DNA from: an uncultured Campylobacterales bacterium
GTDB taxonomy: Bacteria; Campylobacterota; Campylobacteria; Campylobacterales; QNZT01
Direction: 5' to 3'
Assembly: GCA_964443745.1 (NCBI GenBank)
Contig: CAYUEN010000006.1
Coordinates: 1,114 to 65,113, forward strand
Length of the DNA: 64,000 bases
Positions 1-8,203 of this stretch are shown here, piece after piece. The position numbers and the translations under genes were made by a program. The notes beneath the pieces were generated by a model. The model was given only the letters and a program-made list of their open reading frames with translations, ran no database searches and was not told the DNA's origin. The stretch's first letter is position 1. Every line of letters begins with the position of its first letter.

Positions 1-1373
1 TAGCGGGACGGAGGCTCGGTGAAGTGCTGATTCGCCTCGAGTTCGTTCAACTCCACAGGCTGTCCCTCTTTGAGCTCGGGAAGAAGCTTGTCTTTATCGC
101 TGCTACCAAGCACTCTGTAGAATCCGTCGAAGATGAGTTTTCGCCCCGTTGCGCGGAAAACACCGCTTTTGGATTCGAAGGTGATCGCCTGCGATTCGAA
201 GATCGCGTCGGTCATCTGCGACGCGAGAAAACGGTTGTAGATCAGAGTGTAGAGTTTCAACTCGTCCGGCTTGAGATACTGTTTGGCTACCTGCGGGGTA
301 AAGGAGAGGATCGTCGGACGAATCGCCTCATGCGCCTCCTGCGCCCCTTTGGATTTGGAGCGGTAGTGTTTGGCTTTGGATGGAAGATACTTCTCGCCGT
401 AGGAGGAGGCGATCCTCTCACGTGCGGCGGCGATCGCCTCCTGGGCGATATGGAGACTGTCCGTCCTCATATAGGTGATGACGCCCGTCACCCCCTGATC
501 CGTCTGCACCCCCTCATAGAGCGTCTGGGCCACCATCATCGTCTTCCTGGGACTGAACCCCAGAAGCGAAGAGGCCGTCTGCTGGAGGGTGGACGTCATA
601 AAAGGCGGAGGAGAGGAGGTTTTGCGCTCTTTTTTTTCGATTTTGCCCACGCGGTAGGACTCTTCGGCGAGGATCTTTCGGATATATTCCGCACGTTCGG
701 CATTTTTGACCGTCATCTTTTCGATTTTCTCGCCTTCGAACGCGACCAGCTGTGAAGCGATACTCTTTTCGAAGATCGCATCGATGCTCCAGTACTCTTC
801 GGGAACGAACGCTCGAATCTCCCGCTCCCTGTCCACTACGATCTTAAGCGCCGCACTCTGGACACGCCCGGCACTGAGACCTTTTTGGATCTTCGAAGCG
901 ATCAACGGAGAGAGTTTGTACCCCACGATACGATCGAGCAGTCGACGCGCTTGCTGGGCGTTGACGCTGTTAAGGTCGATTTTACGGGGGTTTTCGAGCG
1001 AGTGTTGGATCGCCTTTTTGGTGATCTCATGAAAAACGATCCTCGGTACCGACTCGGGATCCACGCCGATCGCTTTGGCGATGTGGTATCCGATCGCCTC
1101 CCCCTCCCTATCTTCGTCGGTCGCGATATAGACACGATCGCTCTTTTTGGCCAGATCCTTGATCTCCTTGACCACCCTGGAGTGATCACGGCTCACACGA
1201 TATTCGGGTTTGAACTTCCCCTCCTCTATCTTGATTCCGAAGGAACTCTTGGGCAGATCCCGGATATGCCCCTTCGAAGCGATCACGGTATACTCTTTTC
1301 CCAGAAAGTTTTCGATCGTTTTCGCTTTGGTCGGTGACTCGACGATGATTAGATTTTTCAAATTGCTTTCCAT
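1..1373 (-). CDS. topA: DNA topoisomerase I (5-prime part; gene continues beyond the left edge)
   Basis: Absent from the ORF track because it has no in-window stop. My translation from ATG 1373-1371 reads MESNLKNLIIVESPTKAKTIENFLGKEYTVIASKGHIRDLPKS...SDRVYIATDEDREGEAIGYHI (Toprim DxDxEGE). The frame is still open at the left edge (last codons ...YRVLGSSDKDKLLPELKEGQPVE). Confidence 0.9.
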   Translation of the reverse strand, partial: MESNLKNLIIVESPTKAKTIENFLGKEYTVIASKGHIRDLPKSSFGIKIEEGKFKPEYRVSRDHSRVVKEIKDLAKKSDRVYIATDEDREGEAIGYHIAKAIGVDPESVPRIVFHEITKKAIQHSLENPRKIDLNSVNAQQARRLLDRIVGYKLSPLIASKIQKGLSAGRVQSAALKIVVDREREIRAFVPEEYWSIDAIFEKSIASQLVAFEGEKIEKMTVKNAERAEYIRKILAEESYRVGKIEKKERKTSSPPPFMTSTLQQTASSLLGFSPRKTMMVAQTLYEGVQTDQGVTGVITYMRTDSLHIAQEAIAAARERIASSYGEKYLPSKAKHYRSKSKGAQEAHEAIRPTILSFTPQVAKQYLKPDELKLYTLIYNRFLASQMTDAIFESQAITFESKSGVFRATGRKLIFDGFYRVLGSSDKDKLLPELKEGQPVELNELEANQHFTEPPSR

Positions 1374-1406
1374 ATATATTCTATTTTTGTTTTGATTGGA
1401 CCTGCC

Positions 1407-1415
1407 ATTATACCA
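1407..1415 (-). promoter_or_regulatory. putative extended -10 promoter element for topA
   Basis: Minus strand reads gaatgTGgTATAATggcagg, a perfect TGnTATAAT about 33 nt upstream of the topA ATG. This is pattern evidence only. Confidence 0.4.
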
Positions 1416-1655
1416 CATTCGAATTAGCAGACTCTAAAGCCTCCGCAAAAGAGAGATCGGCAAAAAACGACAATATCTTTAACTCTTCATAGTAGTTACC
1501 AAAAAAATACAATATACAAAATAATTTTCACAACCATACCAAATAGTCCAATTTTGGTAAAAAATAGCTGCCAAAAGGGTTCAGAGTTTCCCAAATTGAA
1601 CGATCTAGTTTCTGTAATGGCAAGGATGCCAAATTCACACACAAAAGGATTTAAC

Positions 1656-2462
1656 ATGGGTTTTAGAATCAACACGAACGTAGGTGCGATGCGAGCGCAT
1701 ATGTACGCAACGAACAACAACGTAGGCCTCAACAAGTCTCTGGCGGCACTCAGCTCCGGCCACAGAATCAACTCCGCGGCGGACGACGCTTCCGGTCTGG
1801 CGATCGCCAACAAACTCTCCGCACAGAAAGAAGGCCTTGGTCAGGCGATCAGAAACTCCAACGACGGTATCGCCCTTCTGCAGACGGCCGATGGCGCTAT
1901 CGAAGAGATGACGAACATCGCCAAGAGAATCAGAACGCTTGCGGTCCAGTCGGCGAACGACACCCAGGATACAACTTCCAGAAGCTATATCGACAAAGAG
2001 ATTAACGAGCTGACGACTGAATTCAATCAGATTCGAACCAGCACGACTTTCAACGACAAATCTCTTCTTGATGGTAGTGCGGGAAGTCTCAATATCCAGA
2101 TAGGACATAGAAAAGCGGATGCGAAAGATGTCACCATCACGACTATCAGCGCCTTGACCAAACCGACTACGAATACGGTCACAAACGCTCAAAACACCAT
2201 CTCCGCGATGGATGAGCTGATCGAAACGCTCGATGGCGTAAGAGCCGATATCGGTGCGGATCAAAACTCTTTGGAGTCCGTTGTCAGAAACATCTCCATC
2301 ACTCAGGTCAACGTCGCCGCGGCGGAATCGCAGATCAGAGACGTCGATTTTGCGGCAGAGAGTGCAAACCTCCAAAAGCACAACATCCTCGCGCAGTCCG
2401 GTACCTACGCGATGAGTCAAGCCAACGCGGTACAGCAAAACGTTATGAGACTGCTGCAGTAG
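1656..2462 (+). CDS. flagellin, short form (268 aa)
   Basis: ORF 1554..2462. I place the start at ATG 1656 (MGFRINTNVGAM..., the canonical flagellin N-terminus, with AAAAGGA upstream). Flagellin D0/D1 signatures are present: SSGHRINSAADDASGLAIANKL at the N-terminus and NILAQSGTYAMSQANAVQQNVMRLLQ at the C-terminus. There is almost no variable middle domain. Confidence 0.9.
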   Translation: MGFRINTNVGAMRAHMYATNNNVGLNKSLAALSSGHRINSAADDASGLAIANKLSAQKEGLGQAIRNSNDGIALLQTADGAIEEMTNIAKRIRTLAVQSANDTQDTTSRSYIDKEINELTTEFNQIRTSTTFNDKSLLDGSAGSLNIQIGHRKADAKDVTITTISALTKPTTNTVTNAQNTISAMDELIETLDGVRADIGADQNSLESVVRNISITQVNVAAAESQIRDVDFAAESANLQKHNILAQSGTYAMSQANAVQQNVMRLLQ

Positions 2463-4506
2463 TCTCCTCTTCTTCCAAAAGCCTCCGGGCTTTTGGAGAT
2501 GCGATAAATCTTTTCATCGGTTTTTCGTAATACTCCACAATCTCCGTCAAATATCGTATCAATAGCTTGTGAATTTTTTTGATGTTTTTTTTGGGCTCCG
2601 AAAACTCCCTCGTGTTCAACATATCGAATACAAACGGTAACACGTTTTTTAGATAAACAAGATTGATCGTATGCAGATCCCGCGCCTCTTCTTCCCTGTT
2701 GTCGAGAATCTTCATCATCAGCCGCAACAGAGCGTCCTGATACCCGGAAGGATCGAACGCGGCGGGTGCAATCGAGGTTTCGAGCACTCTTTTTACCTTT
2801 TGGATATGGTCGATTCTCTTTTGGATCGAGACGACATCTTCGTAGGAAAGCTCGGATGAAGAGCGGTCGATCAAGGCGCGATGGAGTCGGGTTCGGTATC
2901 TTGATTTCCCGATGGCCGCAAAACGCTCCATTTTCAATTCCTCCGTCGAAACGGGTCGCGCTCCCTCCAAAAACGCGCCGTCTCCGAGATTGAAAATCTT
3001 CTGGTCGGTTCGCTTCTCATTTTTGCAAAAATCTCTGATACGCCGAATCGACTTGTTGAACGTCAGTGTCGTAGGAACACTTTCTCTGAAATTGCCTTTG
3101 GTATATATCACCGTATCCAGATACGCGACCACATCCTCCACTTTTTCGGCATTCGAGAGATCGAGTGCGCGACTTCTGAAGTGTTCGCCCGCATGCGAGA
3201 CACCCGTTTGGCTATCCAGCGCCAGATCCAGCCCCAGTAGATAGAGATTCCTGACTCCCAGTCGCATCAATACCATCAACGTCGCCGATCCAACGCAGGT
3301 GGGATCGAGAGAGCCGAGCTCCTTTTTGTACAACACGTTGTTCTGATAGATGAAAACCCGATCTTTCGCGAATCTCTCCAGCAAAATCCGGGGTGCCTGC
3401 GAACCGCATATCAATACGGCATCCTCGATAAAATCCTGAGATTCGAGATTGTCGAAGTGGGTCATACAGGTCTCTTCGTACGATTCGATATGGACGATGA
3501 TATCTGGCCTGATGTCGTATTTTTCGAGCGTAGGGAGCGCCGCTGAGGGGGAAACGATGACGAACTTGTCCTGGTGCTTTTTCAACCAGTCGATCTTTTT
3601 GCCCAACGAAGGGCCCGGGGCGGCGATCAACACCGGCTTTTCGTCGAACAGATCTTTTCGGCTTCCGGAGACGTTCAAAAAACGATACCCCTCCTCCAGA
3701 TAGGCAACAGGCCTGAGGTAGACTCTGAAGTAGGAGTGAAACGGAAACGTAAGATGAGGCTGCTCCGCGATCACCGTCTGCAAAATTTTCATCTTGTCGT
3801 CTTTGCAGCTTTGCATCTGGAAAAATTTCAGATAGTGGTTGTAGTAGAAGCTTTTGTTCAAAAAACGGGTGAAAGTGTCTCTCGCTTCGTCGTCGTCTTC
3901 GAACACACTGAAAAAGAGCGTCGACTCTTCGGCCAATACGCGATAATTCGTCACGAACAGAGAGAGCCTGAAAAGCTCCAAATCATCTTCCACGAGAAGA
4001 TAGGTTCTGGCGCGGATCTTTCGGTGTATCGATCCGATATGGGTACCCAAACCGATTCCCATGCAAACGAATTTTCTGATTTCCCGCATCGTAGTCTTCT
4101 CTTTGGGGGCCACGCGGGAGGTGTGGTAGGCTATTTCCGCCGTCGCGTACATGCCGTTGAAAGAGATGTCGTACCTGGAAACCTCTTCGATCTCCTCCGG
4201 TGTGATTTCATAGTCGTAGAATGTCTCGAAAACCGATTCGTCTTTTCTGAAATTGACGATTTTTGCCGCTTTTGAGGCATATTTTCCGCTGTCGGCTCCG
4301 TAGAGATATTTTCCCGATTCGATCTCTTTGACATCGAAATACCCCTCCTCTTTGTATTCGAGTTCGTATCGCTGTGGATAATAGCCCTTTTCGAGCGCCT
4401 TTTCGAAAGATACGATTTTATCGTAGAGAGGTTTCTGCGACTTTTGAAGGTACGAGAGGTTATCAAGATAGGTCTCTACCGCATTGGCTTCTACCGATTG
4501 GGACAT
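2443..4506 (-). CDS. maf: motility accessory factor (Maf/DUF115 family, putative flagellin nonulosonate glycosyltransferase)
   Basis: 687-aa ORF. The central block LIAAPGPSLGKKIDWLKKHQDKFVIVSPSAALPTLEKYDIRPDIIVHIE resembles the MptE-like/DUF115 core of Campylobacter/Helicobacter Maf proteins. The genomic context (flagellin plus CMP-sugar genes) fits. Confidence 0.75.
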   Translation of the reverse strand: MSQSVEANAVETYLDNLSYLQKSQKPLYDKIVSFEKALEKGYYPQRYELEYKEEGYFDVKEIESGKYLYGADSGKYASKAAKIVNFRKDESVFETFYDYEITPEEIEEVSRYDISFNGMYATAEIAYHTSRVAPKEKTTMREIRKFVCMGIGLGTHIGSIHRKIRARTYLLVEDDLELFRLSLFVTNYRVLAEESTLFFSVFEDDDEARDTFTRFLNKSFYYNHYLKFFQMQSCKDDKMKILQTVIAEQPHLTFPFHSYFRVYLRPVAYLEEGYRFLNVSGSRKDLFDEKPVLIAAPGPSLGKKIDWLKKHQDKFVIVSPSAALPTLEKYDIRPDIIVHIESYEETCMTHFDNLESQDFIEDAVLICGSQAPRILLERFAKDRVFIYQNNVLYKKELGSLDPTCVGSATLMVLMRLGVRNLYLLGLDLALDSQTGVSHAGEHFRSRALDLSNAEKVEDVVAYLDTVIYTKGNFRESVPTTLTFNKSIRRIRDFCKNEKRTDQKIFNLGDGAFLEGARPVSTEELKMERFAAIGKSRYRTRLHRALIDRSSSELSYEDVVSIQKRIDHIQKVKRVLETSIAPAAFDPSGYQDALLRLMMKILDNREEEARDLHTINLVYLKNVLPFVFDMLNTREFSEPKKNIKKIHKLLIRYLTEIVEYYEKPMKRFIASPKARRLLEEEETTAAVS
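2475..2496 (+). terminator. hairpin just downstream of the flagellin stop (possible terminator)
   Basis: CCAAAAGCC-tccg-GGCTTTTGG, a 9-bp perfect stem 12 nt after the TAG. No clean T-run follows, and it lies inside the 3-prime end of the convergent maf CDS. Confidence 0.35.
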
Positions 4507-4557
4507 GGGTGTACTCCGTAAATTAAAGATATTTATCGTGGAGCAATTTTCATACCA

Positions 4558-5673
4558 CTAGTCGGAAATCCGCTTTTTTAGCCAAGCAAAAATTTCGTCC
4601 ATATACGATTGATAAGTGCGCTCCAAAGACGGCTTGAGATCCAGAGAGCGGCTTTTTAGAGGGGATATCTTCTCGAAAATCTTTTGCGCGAACCCCTCTT
4701 TTGAGATATCGACGACGGATTCGCTCCCCAGCTCTCTGTACAACTCCGCGATCTGTCTGTAGTTGACCAATCCGATCACGGGCCTGCCCAGTCCTATGGC
4801 GCAGACGTTGGCATGAAAACGGTTCGCGAGTACCAAATCCGCCCCCCCGTAGATACCCAAAATCGCATCCAGCCCCCCTTGGCCGTGAAGAAGGGGGGCG
4901 ACACTCGTTTTGCGTCTTCTGATCCGATCCGGCAATATCGCAAGCAAATCGTTTATGGGTGCGAGATCTCTGTAGATATGGGGAACGAAAACGATTTCCA
5001 TAGCGGGATGCGTCTTCAAAAACCGCTCCACGAATAGGCTCCACTCCTCCAGATATCGGGTATACGGGAGAGATGCGAAACGGATATCGGCCATGTCCGC
5101 GGCGAGATTTATCGCACAATACGCTCTCTTTTCGTAGTAGTCGTCCGTTTTCCGGGGCTTTACGAAAAAACCCGCATCGACCGTATGGATGATTCTGTTT
5201 GCATACCTCTCTCCCACATATCTTCGAAGCGACTCCATCGCCCCGTCGTTGCGGACACTCACCAAATCTCCCCGATCGAACAGAAGGTCGAGAAATCTCC
5301 TGAATTTTCGCAAATTTCCTTCGCTCGCCCCCTGTCCGGGGTCGACCCCCAGCGCATTGAAAAGGATCGGGGTTTTTATTCTCTCCAAAAGCTTCGGCTC
5401 TATGGCGACGGAGGTGCCCGTAGGCGAATCCTTGACCCACAATTCGAAGTAATTGCCCCCTCCTACGATCAGCAGGTCGTAATCGTTGACCGTCTCTACG
5501 AACGTTTCGTCGAAAAAACGCCGCTTCCAGTAAAACTCCCTGATCTCCAGCCTCTCGATTTTAAACGTAAAGCTCCGGCAGCGTTCCAGATGGCTGTAGA
5601 ATCCCTCATGGTTGGCATTGTCTCCGATATTGCCGTCGAAACTGGCAAGATGCAGGACCCTCAATTCACGCAT
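4558..5673 (-). CDS. polysaccharide pyruvyl transferase family protein
   Basis: 371 aa. Motifs LHLASFDGNIGDNANHEG, DLLIVGGGNYF and ANRFHANVCAIGLGRPVIGL look like the PS_pyruv_trans family (CsaB/WcaK-like). The call is by motif only. Confidence 0.6.
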   Translation of the reverse strand: MRELRVLHLASFDGNIGDNANHEGFYSHLERCRSFTFKIERLEIREFYWKRRFFDETFVETVNDYDLLIVGGGNYFELWVKDSPTGTSVAIEPKLLERIKTPILFNALGVDPGQGASEGNLRKFRRFLDLLFDRGDLVSVRNDGAMESLRRYVGERYANRIIHTVDAGFFVKPRKTDDYYEKRAYCAINLAADMADIRFASLPYTRYLEEWSLFVERFLKTHPAMEIVFVPHIYRDLAPINDLLAILPDRIRRRKTSVAPLLHGQGGLDAILGIYGGADLVLANRFHANVCAIGLGRPVIGLVNYRQIAELYRELGSESVVDISKEGFAQKIFEKISPLKSRSLDLKPSLERTYQSYMDEIFAWLKKRISD

Positions 5674-6344
5674 TCAAGAAGCTCCCGCGCATATTTCAGA
5701 TCTTCGGGAGTATCGATATCGAGACTCTCATACTCTCCCATCACGAAAGGGAGCGTCCGATCGCTCCAAAAAGAGCGATTGCGCAAAAACAGATCGGTTC
5801 GGATCAGATATATCGCACCGTTGCTCATATAGGTATCCGGAAGGGATTGTCTTGGCATGAACGGATAGCGATTTCCCGCGATCCCTTCGATGAACCCCTT
5901 TTCGTTCGATTTGAAGGCTTTGAGAATCTTGTTGTCGACCCGAAGAAGCGAGATGAGTGCCGTGGCATCGCTCGCAAAAAAATTTTCGCACGCAGTATCG
6001 ATCGTCTCCGCGTCCCGAAACGGAGAGGTCGGCTGCAGAAGCATCAGATAGTCGTAACGTTCCGGAAGCTTTTCGAGCGCATGCAACGCCACCGCTTCGC
6101 TGGGGGTATCGTCCGCCGCCAATTCGAGGGGACGTTTCAGGATTTGGGCGCCCGCTTTTCGCGCCACATCCAAAATCTTCTCATGATCGCTGCTGACCAC
6201 CGTATCGGTGACGTATTTCGATTTCAAAGCGGCTTCGATCGTCCAAGCGATCAACGGCTTGCCCCCCAGATCCACGATATTTTTATTCAAGATTCCTTTG
6301 GAGCCTCCGCGGGCGGGAATCAATCCCAATACGCGTCTAGTCAT
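5661..6344 (-). CDS. neuA: acylneuraminate (nonulosonate) cytidylyltransferase, NeuA/LegF-like
   Basis: Motif VLGLIPARGGSKGILNKNI of CMP-nonulosonate synthetases. I prefer ATG 6344 (MTRRVLGLIPARGGSKG) over the ORF-track start 6356, which is GTG. It overlaps the upstream stop by 8 nt. Confidence 0.85.
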   Translation of the reverse strand: MTRRVLGLIPARGGSKGILNKNIVDLGGKPLIAWTIEAALKSKYVTDTVVSSDHEKILDVARKAGAQILKRPLELAADDTPSEAVALHALEKLPERYDYLMLLQPTSPFRDAETIDTACENFFASDATALISLLRVDNKILKAFKSNEKGFIEGIAGNRYPFMPRQSLPDTYMSNGAIYLIRTDLFLRNRSFWSDRTLPFVMGEYESLDIDTPEDLKYARELLECVN

Positions 6345-7575
6345 CCGTACCGTCACCCGCCACCGTATGTCTGAGTCGCCATTCGCCGTCGACTTTTTTC
6401 CACAGATGCGGACTCCTGAACTTATCTATCGTCTCCCAAAATCTCTCTTCGTCCGAATCGATATATTCCAAAAACTCCTTGAAGTAGCGCTTGGGAAATT
6501 CGGTATCGTATTTTTTCACCAGATAAACCGCCTCTTCGCGGGTGATCTTTCCGTTGCGTACCTCTTGCGCGGCGTCATAGGTGGCCCGCCCTATGCCGAA
6601 TTTGATCAGTGTCGTGTAGTAGTGGAACGGATCGATCTTGTCGTCGATACTGCTGTATTTGGAATAGCTTCCTTCCGTTCGTACGGGATTGGCCTGAAAT
6701 CCCGTATGTTTCGCTGCATAATAGTAGCACTCCTGCGGATCCCATTTGAGATAGTACCCCAGATAGTGCACCTCTATACCCGCATCGACGAGAGATTCCC
6801 TGGAGGGGGGTATGTAAGGCGCAAAGTCGTCTTTAGTATATTTTCCGCTTCGGATATATTCACGCATGCTCACCCCGCCGAAACGCATCTCTTCGACATT
6901 CTCGACGGAGAAAAAATCCATGTTCATCAACGGATTTTTGTTCTCTTCGATCGCGTTTCCGTATTCGGCTTGATTCTCTCCGTACATCACCAGTTTGACT
7001 CCGAAACGTTTGGCCATAGCCGGACCGATGATTCTCTGCCCCACGATAAAGGGTTGAAAAGGGTGCAGCAGATTGAAAAAGGCGTTTTTCGTCATCTCCC
7101 TGTGCAATCTTCCGTTGGGCGTGTAGAGGATGTTGTCCAATCCTCCCGTATGCATCCACTCCTGAAAATTGTGCCATCCGATATCGGTATACAGATGCGG
7201 CGCCCAGGTCACCGTCAACGGATTCATCCCGTATTTGTATTTGAGGATATGCGCGGTATAGGCGCTGTCTTTTCCGCCGCTTCCCGGAACGATCACATCG
7301 TAGCTTCCGTCCTTGCTTTTAAATCTGGACAACAACGCCCTCAGCCGCTCTTCACGCTCTCGCCAATCTATTTTGCTCTCTTTCTCTTCATGATAGACAC
7401 AGGCCGAACAGACTCCCTCTTCGTTGAAGTTGATGACCTTTTTCTTTTCGCCTTTGCTGTTTTTGAATTCGATCGTCGAGCTCGGTCTCTGGTTGGATAT
7501 GACGCATTTTTTACAAAATCGCACCTCTCTTGGAAGTCCGTAATAGGCTTCGAGTTTTTCCGCTGTTTCAACCAC
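6337..7575 (-). CDS. N-acetyl sugar amidotransferase (PseA/WbpG family, PP-loop)
   Basis: PP-loop VIVPGSGGKDSAYTAHI and an N-terminal Cys cluster CKKCVISNQRP...CSAC. The 520-aa track ORF runs into hisH. I place the start at GTG 7575, preceded by AAGGAG (gcAAGGAGaatagaaGTG), which overlaps the hisH-like stop by 8 nt. Confidence 0.8.
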   Translation of the reverse strand: MVETAEKLEAYYGLPREVRFCKKCVISNQRPSSTIEFKNSKGEKKKVINFNEEGVCSACVYHEEKESKIDWREREERLRALLSRFKSKDGSYDVIVPGSGGKDSAYTAHILKYKYGMNPLTVTWAPHLYTDIGWHNFQEWMHTGGLDNILYTPNGRLHREMTKNAFFNLLHPFQPFIVGQRIIGPAMAKRFGVKLVMYGENQAEYGNAIEENKNPLMNMDFFSVENVEEMRFGGVSMREYIRSGKYTKDDFAPYIPPSRESLVDAGIEVHYLGYYLKWDPQECYYYAAKHTGFQANPVRTEGSYSKYSSIDDKIDPFHYYTTLIKFGIGRATYDAAQEVRNGKITREEAVYLVKKYDTEFPKRYFKEFLEYIDSDEERFWETIDKFRSPHLWKKVDGEWRLRHTVAGDGTDD

Positions 7576-8203
7576 TTCTATTCTCCTTGCAAATATTGAT
7601 GAAATTTTCGATGATTTTGAGTCCGGGCGCCGCGCTCTTTTCGGGGTGAAACTGACACCCAAAGACGTTTCCCCGTGCGATGACGCTGCAAAAATCGGTA
7701 CCGCCGTATCGTGAATACGCCAAAATGTCATCGTTTCGTGCGGGTTGGGCGACGTAAGTATGTACGAAATAGTACGTCTCCTCTTCGGGACATCCCTCCA
7801 GGATCGTCCCTTGCCAAGACCGCTCTTTTGCGAAAAGTCCGCTCCAGCCGATATGCGGAAGTTTCGCGTTCGTTCGCATCCGAACCACCTCTCCCGCAAT
7901 CAGCCCCAACCCCTTCGCTCCTTCGGACTCTTCGCTTCTTTCGAACAGAAGCTGCATCCCGAGACAGATTCCGAGCAACGGTTTTTGGCTTCGGGAAAAA
8001 AGTTTCAGCGTCTCGTCGAGCCCCTCTTTTTGCAACTCCCTCATCGCACTGCCGAACGCCCCCACACCCGGCAATACGAGAGCATCGGCACCCAGAAGCG
8101 TTCGACGATCGTTCGAGAGAGACGGTCTCACCCCCTTTTTCTCGAAAGCGTTGAGAATGCTTTTGACATTTCCGATGCCATAATCTACGATCGCTATACG
8201 CAT
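7568..8203 (-). CDS. hisH: glutamine amidotransferase, HisH-like paralogue (glycan acetamidino pathway)
   Basis: Motifs MRIAIVDYGIGNVKS, LPGVGAFG, LGICLGMQLL (catalytic Cys) and QFHPEKS. Start taken at ATG 8203; the track start 8209 is GTG. Confidence 0.85.
   Translation of the reverse strand: MRIAIVDYGIGNVKSILNAFEKKGVRPSLSNDRRTLLGADALVLPGVGAFGSAMRELQKEGLDETLKLFSRSQKPLLGICLGMQLLFERSEESEGAKGLGLIAGEVVRMRTNAKLPHIGWSGLFAKERSWQGTILEGCPEEETYYFVHTYVAQPARNDDILAYSRYGGTDFCSVIARGNVFGCQFHPEKSAAPGLKIIENFINICKENRSG

Noticed and set aside
24-1337. Plus-strand ORFs 24..755, 706..1032 and 885..1337 at the left edge.
   Set aside because: The region is occupied by topA on the minus strand, which the track misses because it has no in-window stop. 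The plus-strand ORFs are antisense artefacts.
1374-1655. Search for a sigma-54 (GG-N10-GC) or sigma-28 (TAAA-N15-GCCGATAA) promoter upstream of the flagellin.
   Set aside because: Candidate TGG...TGC pairs (ttTGGtaaaaaatagcTGCc and aaTGGcaaggatGCC) have the wrong spacing (9 or 12, and 7, instead of 10). A CGAT at gaaCGATCTag has no TAAA at the -35 position. The flagellin promoter class cannot be called from sequence alone.
6208-7599. Other long antisense or alternate-frame ORFs: 6208..7599 (463 aa), 19930..21021, 18443..19408, 22958..23866, 37893..38768, 38866..39804, 40485..41501, 50169..51092, 57719..58636, 4550..5440.
   Set aside because: Each lies entirely within or opposite a CDS that has strong family motifs. 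Their compositions are Arg/Gly/Ser-rich nonsense, and none has an SD plus a sensible start in an intergenic position.
7576-7899. N-terminal 108-codon extension of the 520-aa ORF 6337..7899.
   Set aside because: The extension overlaps the well-supported HisH-like gene in another frame and reads as low-complexity sequence. A GTG with an AAGGAG SD at 7575 gives a normal-length PseA/WbpG-type protein.
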